A stretch of DNA of 30,617 nucleotides from Octopus sinensis (taxonomy: Eukaryota). Of the stretch, positions 23,740-30,617 are shown in pieces. A program made the position numbers and the translations under genes. Every line of letters starts with the position of its first letter. The first letter of the stretch is position 1. The notes below the pieces were generated by a model. It was not told where the DNA came from, ran no database searches, and saw only the letters and a list, made by a program, of their open reading frames with translations. The DNA lies in assembly GCF_006345805.1 (NCBI RefSeq), contig NW_021832441.1, forward strand, positions 1 to 30,617, written 5' to 3'.

Positions 23740-24130
23740 AATTCGATTTAAGTACCAGTTGAGTACTGGGGTCGATGTAATTCTCCAAATTTTCAGGCCT
23801 TGTGCCTATAGTAGAAAAGAATGCTTAGCATATCGGATAAAATGCTAAGAAGCATTTTTTCCGGCTTTTTAGTTGAAATCTCGACTTTGATTCAGTTGCC
23901 TTTCTTTCTGCCGGGGTCGATGAAATAAACGCCAGTTGAGCTCAGAAGCTGATGTAAGCGACTTAACCCGGCCTTAAAATGCTTAGCGGCATTTTGTCTG
24001 TCTCTATGTTCCGAGTTCAAATTCTGCTGAGGTCGACTTCGATTTCATCCTTTCGGGGTCAATAAAATAAGTACCAACTGCGTACTGATGTCGACTTCTC
24101 TCTCTCCTAAAAACTGCTGGCCCTGTACCA
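23740..24130 (+). mobile_element. Cluster of at least three degenerate SINE fragments of the ggcagaa family
   Basis: Repeated aagtaccagttgagtactggggtcgat, ggggtcgatgaaataa and gagttcaaattctgctgaggtcgac motifs. Confidence 0.6.
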
Positions 24131-24699
24131 AATTTTGAAACCATTATTTTCCCTTAAAGAATGTGTAACAGAGAGTAGCAATTCTCATCCTTATAACAAC
24201 CGAATATTATATTATGCCATTTATCATGCGATGGTTGATTTGTCTCTTGAACCGGATCTGTGCTTCAACTTCATTCGTTGAACGAAGTATTGATACAAGG
24301 ACCTCTTATCGCCGCTTCTTAAAGGCACTTTGCAAGGTATTGTTGTTGTAAGATATGTAGTCGCAGTTATCTCAGCTTGTACACACATATATAACAACAC
24401 ACAAGTAGGTATTTGACACTTAAGTCTTAGCTAAAGCAGGCATATTATAATAGGGAAGAAAACGTAACGGCACTTCACTCTGTTCCCAGACACCACGACG
24501 TGTAAAGGCTATAACAGGCTCTACCGGCCACGAGTAGAAGTGAATGTTGTTGCTTGGCTTCATATCAGCTCTGATGGAGCAAACCTATGACAAGAAACAT
24601 TACAGCTGTGATCATCCCGTTTATCATTAACGCAGGGTGTCCCTTACTTAAACTCTTCGTTCCTTATGAAGTATAAGTCATCGACGACTTCTCTCTCTG

Positions 24700-24900
24700 G
24701 TTCTTGACTCTGGGATGTCTTTTTCTGCTTCTCTTCAGTTGGATCTCTGCATTTCGTCAATGCCTCGGTTTCTCGTCCCCCAGCTATTTTTAAGGCGTCT
24801 TCTTTCCAGCCTCCTTTTCGGGTTCCAGATCAGGGTCGCATCATATATTGTACTCCTCGAAGGACTTTCTTCACAAAGTCCTTTAAGTAGTACAGGAAGA
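24700..24900 (-). pseudogene. RTE-like LINE C-terminal relic
   Basis: TIYDATLIWNPKRRLERRRLKNSW resembles the RTE-clade QALxWNPQGKRxRGRPxNTW motif. Confidence 0.4.
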
Positions 24901-25173
24901 AGTTCCTCAATTGAAAAAGGCAAAAACCAGGGTATTATATTTCCTCTTCTTCCTAAGCCCTTCTTTGAAAAGGGTAAAGAACTCCTTCGGTCACGAATGA
25001 CTATGGGACTGCACCTAGAAAGTTTATGGAAGACCAGCAGTCGCCCATGCATACCAGCCTCCTCACTCCACGCCACCGATGTTATCCAAGGGAATGGCAA
25101 AGGGGCCAATACAGCTTGGCACCAATGAAGTCGCAACTCATTTCTACAGCCGAGTGAGCTGGAGCAGCGGGAA

Positions 25174-25208
<35 letters not shown>

Positions 25209-25211
<3 letters not shown>

Positions 25212-25623
25212 TTTTTACCACAGCCAGCCCTATACTCAACTCGTCCTGTCGAAAGACGCTTGTCCTGACGTCCTGGTTTTGTTATGATTGTTTTTACGTT
25301 ATTTTGTATTTTTATCCGTGCTTTCTTTATGTTTTTACGTATTTTTGAATTTTTTTTCGAGTAACATCGTCCGTTTTTCCGTCACCGTGTTGTATACTTT
25401 CGAGGTTTTCTTCCAAGGAATCTAATGCGATTGGCTTAGATTTCCCTTGGTTGGCTGCCCAGATTGGAGCAATCTCAAGATAATCAGCCGAATTGCGAAG
25501 ATGATCTGGTTCTTGACTGATGACTGAGAGCTCGAAAGTCCCGTCTGTGTGTTTTTTTGCCGTCTTCAAAATGTTTCACGTTCTTGTGTCCAGTTTGTGT
25601 TATTTTTAACGTTTATCTATATA
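25209..25623. repeat. 415-bp direct repeat, copy 1
   Basis: Nearly identical to 26013-26423 (period 804); (TA)n lies immediately to the left. Confidence 0.95.
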
Positions 25624-26012
25624 CATGGCGGCTACGTACCCTACCCTTTAACCCTATACTGTAAGTATATTACTCTCTAAAATTGGTACGACTCTACTAC
25701 TCTGTCTCTTTTTCCCCCCTCTCCTACTTTTTCTCTGCCTTCACCCTTTTCACTCCCTTTGTTCTGTCTCTTTCCCTCTTTTTCTTTCTCCCTTGTTCCC
25801 CTTTTTCTTTCTCTCTCCTCGTCCCTCCTCTCCCACATTTCTCTGCCTCTCAGACCTTCTCCCACTTGACTGTCCCTTTCCCTCTCCTGCTTCTCTCTTC
25901 ATCTGTCCCTTCCTCCTTTTTGTGCTCACGTGACCAGCTAGCTACTACTGCCTTTCGCATCAAGTAGTTGGCTTGACCACCACGTATGTGTTTGTGCTCC
26001 GTTTGCCTTCAG

Positions 26013-26415
26013 GCATTTTTACCACAGCAGCCTATACTCAACTCGTCCTGTCGAAAGACGCTTGTCCTGACGTCCTGGTTTTGTTATGATTGTTTTTACG
26101 TTATTTTGTATTTTATCCGTGCTTTCTTTATTGTTTTTACGTATTTTTGAATTTTTTTTCGAGTAACATCGTCCGTTTTTCCGTCACCGTGTTGTATACT
26201 TTCGAGGTTTCTTCCAAGGAATCTAATGCGATTGGCTAGATTTCCCTTGGTTGGCTGCCCAGATTGGAGCAATCTCAAGATTAATCAGCCGAATTGCGAA
26301 GATGATCTGGTTCTTGACTGATGACTGAGAGCTTCGAAAGTCCCGTCTGTGGTTTTTTGCCGTCTTCAAAATGTTTCACGTTCTTGTCCCAGTTGTGTGT
26401 TATTTTTAACGTTTA

Positions 26416-26423
<8 letters not shown>
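26013..26423. repeat. 411-bp direct repeat, copy 2
   Basis: Differs from copy 1 almost only by 1-2-nt indels; (TA)n lies immediately to the right. Confidence 0.95.
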
Positions 26424-26450
<27 letters not shown>

Positions 26451-26516
26451 ATAAAACGGTAAGATAACAAAAGAAAGAAAGAGACCTCAATATTATGTAA
26501 ATAGAGGAAATTTATC

Positions 26517-26923
26517 TATACAATAATATGTTACATTACTCGGTAGTCAAGATAAAACTCTGAGTTTTAGATGCCGAAGTGGAAATCCACAACACCATCT
26601 CTTACGTTTTTGGTCCCCTAAAGAAAACAGATAGAACACGCTTTCTATGTTATGTGCCAAGAAGAATTTATATATTTTTATATATTTTTATATATTTTTT
26701 ATGTATTTTTATATAATTTTTATGACGAAAAAATGGAGCGATGTATAAGTACGCAGGGAAGCAGAGTTTTAACACAGTAATTTCCCTTTATTTAACGGTA
26801 TTTTTTCATAGCGTTTTCAAATAGCCAGATAACCGAAGAGATGGTGTTGTGGATTTTCCACTTCGCATCTGAAACTCAGAGTTTATCTTGAATACCGAGT
26901 AGTATGTAACCTATTATTGTATA
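26517..26923. repeat. Fold-back element with about 87-bp inverted arms and about 230-bp spacer
   Basis: 26517-26603 (tatacaataatatgttac..caacaccatctctt) is the reverse complement of 26836-26923 with few differences; lies between (TA)n tracts. Confidence 0.88.
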
Positions 26924-27011
26924 TATATATATAATATACATATTAATACTATATTTGTTCCACCTCCTCGCGTTGTGTGTTTTTTTTTTTGTGCTTTCTT
27001 GTTGGATTAAC

Positions 27012-27045
<34 letters not shown>

Positions 27046-27113
27046 ATATCATATATATATATATAGATATATATATATATATATATATGCATATGTATAT
27101 ATATATATATATG

Positions 27114-27144
<31 letters not shown>

Positions 27145-27145
27145 C

Positions 27146-27194
<49 letters not shown>

Positions 27195-27233
27195 ATATAT
27201 ATATATATATATACAATATATATACATATATAC

Positions 27234-27264
<31 letters not shown>

Positions 27265-27277
27265 ATTTTATAGAAGG

Positions 27278-27328
27278 AGCTTCTACAGGACTAGAATTGT
27301 TTCATTCAAATGAAATCACCAGGAAGCT
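27278..27328 (-). ncRNA. Type I hammerhead ribozyme candidate (CUGGUGA core variant)
   Basis: AGCTTC-CTGGTGA-TTTCATTTGAAT-GAAA-CA-ATTCTAGTCC-TG-TA-GAAGCT: stem I 6 bp perfect, stem III ACA/TGT, GUA cleavage triplet; followed by AATAAA and an A-run. Confidence 0.55.
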
Positions 27329-27948
27329 TTGTGTCAAGAATAGTTTTGGCATTTATACATTTAGGCAGATTTAAAGGGGTGGTGGTGGGGGACTTTTGGG
27401 GGGTAGGCATGGCGCAAACTGTCTTTCTTAGGGGAGTGGTCGAAAGAATCAGTGATAAAGTAGATAAATGAATAAATAGAATAACAGAATAACAGAATAG
27501 AGTTTTAGGTAAATAAGAAGACTATATGCAAGCACACGCACACACATATCCACACACATATACATATAAAAAGAATATACATACACACACACACACGCTC
27601 ATATATATACATACACATACACACACACATATATATACATATGTGTATACATGCACACATATACACACACATTTCCTCCCTTATTTTATATTTATCTTTA
27701 TTTTTATTTTGACCTCGACCTACCCACCCGCCGACAAACATTTAGTGGCGGCTGAGGTAGACCCTCCCGAGGGAGCAAGCCGGCCTAAAAGAAAACCGTT
27801 TGTTGCCCCTCTCCCTTCCTTTCTATCTCTCTTCCCACGGATACGAACACAAACACTCACACACACACACACACACAAACTCCACACACACAACACAATA
27901 TATAATATATACATATATATATATACATTATATATATATACATATATA

Positions 27949-27979
<31 letters not shown>

Positions 27980-28206
27980 ATATGTATATATATATATATA
28001 TATATACATAATATATATTATATATATGTTATATATTATATTATATATATTATATATATATATATATAATATATATATATATATACATATATAATAGAAT
28101 ATATATATATATATAACATATATATATATGTATATTATATATATGTATATAATATATAATATATATATGTATATATAGTATATATATATGTTTATAATAT
28201 ATATAT

Positions 28207-28237
<31 letters not shown>

Positions 28238-28303
28238 TAATACGCAACACCAACATATATATATATATATGAATATATATATATATATATATATTTAAAT
28301 AAC

Positions 28304-28918
28304 GAGGGAGATAAATTAATATTAATTTTAATATCAATTTAAAATCAGTAGTCTAGCATACAAAAAATCTGAGAAGTCAGAGAAAATTCTAATATATGTG
28401 TATATTGGCAGGGCAAGACTGCTAGGTAGTCGGCCGTATGCTAGAAATAGATCATCAACGATCAAACTACAAAGAAAGTTCTCTAGAGGAAAAATTCAGC
28501 GGGCATACAGATGAAAATTTATATATAAAACAGAATTAATTGCATACCTCGGTTTCGGCCTTTAACAAAAGAATTACTTACATAATTCAAATGTCCGTGG
28601 CTTCATCAGTACAATCGTTCAGTGTAAATGCAAACTGAAAACTAACCCCAGCTTTCTGTGCCAAGACAGGCACGTGCTTAGTTTTACCGATTACATTAGG
28701 GATAAAATTTCAAATGTTTTGGTTCCGGCGCGCTAAGAAATTCCTGAAGCGAAGAACTGCAGTGAATAATTCACTGCGGTTAGTGCTTGCTACTAGGGAA
28801 CGTATTTATTTCAATACGTTCCCTATTGAGGGAGATAAATTAATATTAATTTTAATATCAATTTAAAATCAGTAGTCTATCGTTGATGATCTATTTCTAG
28901 CATACGGCCGACTTCCTA
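28304..28918 (-). mobile_element. About 615-bp non-coding element with terminal direct and inverted repeats and an internal HHR (Penelope-like or retrozyme-like)
   Basis: 52-bp perfect direct repeat (28304-28355, 28828-28879), 35-bp perfect inverted repeat (28428-28462, 28879-28913), hairpins at 28755-28781 and 28794-28825, (TA)n on both sides. Confidence 0.7.
28539..28615 (-). ncRNA. Type I hammerhead ribozyme candidate with intact core
   Basis: ATTGTA-CTGATGA-AGCC-[extended stem II]-GGCC-GAAA-CC-GA-GG-TA-TGCAAT; predicted cut after GUA between 28545 and 28544. Confidence 0.75.
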
Positions 28919-28934
28919 TATATATATATATAAT

Positions 28935-29032
<98 letters not shown>

Positions 29033-29204
29033 TATATGTTATATATATATATGTATATTATATATATATGTATATATATATATATATTATATATGTATAT
29101 ATATATATGTATGTATAATATATATATGTATATATATATATATATGTATATAAATATATATATATATATATATATGTATATCTATATATATATACATATA
29201 TATC

Positions 29205-29542
29205 TTTGGAAGCACTCCGTCGGGTTCCGGTTGATCCGAATCAATGGAACAGCCCTGCTCGTGAAATTAACGTGTAAGTGGCTGAGCACTCCACAGACAC
29301 GTGCACCTTAACGTAGTTCTCGGGGATATTCAGCGTGACACAGAGAGTGACAAGGGCCGGCCCCTTGAAATACAGGTACAAGAGAAACAGGAGTAAGAGT
29401 GAGAGAAAGTTGTGGTGAAAAAGTACACCAGGGATCCACCATCCCCTGCCGCGAGCCTCGTGGAGCCCGGTCTGGGAATCGGAAACCGCGATCCTATGAC
29501 CGCGAGTCCGTTGCCCTAACCACTGGGCCATTGCGCCTCCAC
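29205..29542 (-). mobile_element. tRNA-derived SINE (gtggaggc head, gagtgc tail)
   Basis: A-box TGGCCCAGTGG, B-box-like GGTTTCCGATTCC; middle shared with the 18296 SINE and tail shared with the 21940 SINE. Confidence 0.85.
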
Positions 29543-29544
29543 TC

Positions 29545-29586
<42 letters not shown>

Positions 29587-29684
29587 CTATATATATATAT
29601 ATATATATAATATATATATATATATATACATATATATATACATACATATATATATACATATACATAATCATATATATATATATA

Positions 29685-29895
29685 GTTAATCCAAACAGAA
29701 AGCACAAAAAAAACACAACAACGCGAGGACGTGGGACAATATAGTATTATTGGACGCTCAGGAAGAAGGAAAGAAGGAGGGTTTAACGTTTCGAGCGGAG
29801 CTCTTCGTCGGAAACATAGGAGAAGGAAGATCCAGAGAAGGGAAGACAGAGGAAAAAAAATCGCCAACGGTACACACGAGGTCACATATTTATAT
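29685..29895 (-). mobile_element. Short Penelope-like terminal element with minimal HHR-like motif, copy 3
   Basis: GTTT-CCGACGA-A-GAGC-TCC-GCTC-GAAA-CG-TT-AAAC at 29781-29815(-); shares the cgctcagga context with the 9655 and 10465 copies. Confidence 0.6.
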
Positions 29896-30124
29896 ATATG
29901 CATGTTCGTATCTGAGTCTATGAACACGCACACATACACACGTACACTCACACACATACACATGTGTGTGTATGTGTGTGTGTATGTGTATGTATGCGTG
30001 TGTGTGTGCGTGTGTGTGTGTGTGTGTGTGTATACAAACCTGACGGACTTCTGCACCGTTTCCATTCACCATATTACCTCACAAGACATTAGTCAGCCCT
30101 GGACTATAAAGTATGCAAACGTTA

Positions 30125-30617
30125 AAAAAAGGTGGTGGTTGGGTGATAGAGATGTGACTCTCCTGATACAGGATGACCTCTAGGGATAATCGAGGAACCT
30201 CACTGTCCGAGATCTCTCTGAAACCCCAGGAGCAAGTGCCCTCTCAAATTCCCTTTCCCCGAACGACTGGTTTACGCTTAGAGAGGTTCCATCCACTCTT
30301 GCCATTCTGGCATCTTTCACTCACCTTTCAGTAAACTCACTCGAGGACAACACTTCCCTCTCCACTCTCAATTTCCTTTTCAAGCGAAACTCGAAGAAGT
30401 CAATGAGACTTCCTCTACCGAAAAGGAGTGTATTTGTCCTCATGCCTTTCAGCCTTGTCCACTGGACAACCTCTTTCGCCACAGCCACCAGGCAAAGGAA
30501 AACTGCCTTACCTACCCGCTTACAGGTGAGCGGCAGGGCAATCATCACTGTGGACTCGGCCGACAGACGGATCCGTCCCACACGTGACTGCGGCTGTTCG
30601 ACATAACCCTAAATAAC
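30125..30617 (-). mobile_element. L1/Tx1-like LINE ORF2 C-terminus and 3' UTR, continuing past the window end
   Basis: AVFLCLVAVAKEVVQWTRLKG..SLIDFFEFRLKRKLRVEREVLSSSEFTER*VKDARMARV resembles Tx1-clade ORF2 ends; the stop is probably a mutated Trp codon. Confidence 0.65.

Larger units (their letters stand above)
26924..29684. repeat. Large (TA)n-rich microsatellite field interrupted by inserted elements
   Basis: TA tracts at about 27012-27250, 27895-28295, 28917-29203 and 29545-29684. Confidence 0.9.

Noticed and set aside
24715-25128. 137-aa plus-strand ORF
   Set aside because: It is the antisense of an RTE relic running into a SINE fragment, with no recognisable domain.
25385-25420. Minus-strand cttggaaga..cgaaagtatac motif resembling the 16841 motif
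   Set aside because: There is no stem II, no U at position 16.1 and no stem I complement.
27376-27408. G-rich tract as a G-quadruplex
   Set aside because: It has only three runs of three or more G with long loops, which is common in such DNA.

Overview
Repeat-saturated, AT-rich, non-coding animal genomic DNA. The tRNA-derived SINE and MITE families look like those I recall from Octopus (coleoid cephalopod); this is recognition, not a database result. No intact protein-coding gene is supported. Nearly all long ORFs in the track are translations of (CATA)n, (GATA)n and (TA)n microsatellites. The window holds decayed LINE pieces (CR1-like, RTE-like, L1/Tx1-like), mariner relics, hAT- and piggyBac-type MITEs, many SINEs (two as tandem 184-bp multimers) and a 3.8-kb (CATA)n satellite. 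The most striking unexplained signal is a set of short non-coding elements lying in or next to (TA)n tracts that carry hammerhead-ribozyme (HHR) folds. These are a near-canonical type I HHR at 28539-28615(-), a second at 27278-27328(-), a three-copy minimal HHR family with stem covariation (9750, 10545, 29781; all minus), and weaker motifs at 16841(-) and in both copies of a 415-bp direct repeat (25209-26423). They come with fold-back ends and direct/inverted terminal duplications, as expected for non-autonomous Penelope-like or retrozyme-like elements. A textbook recursive-splice-site motif (branch point, pyrimidine tract, TAG|GTGAGT) lies at 17361-17395(+). All folds were done by eye and none has been tested.
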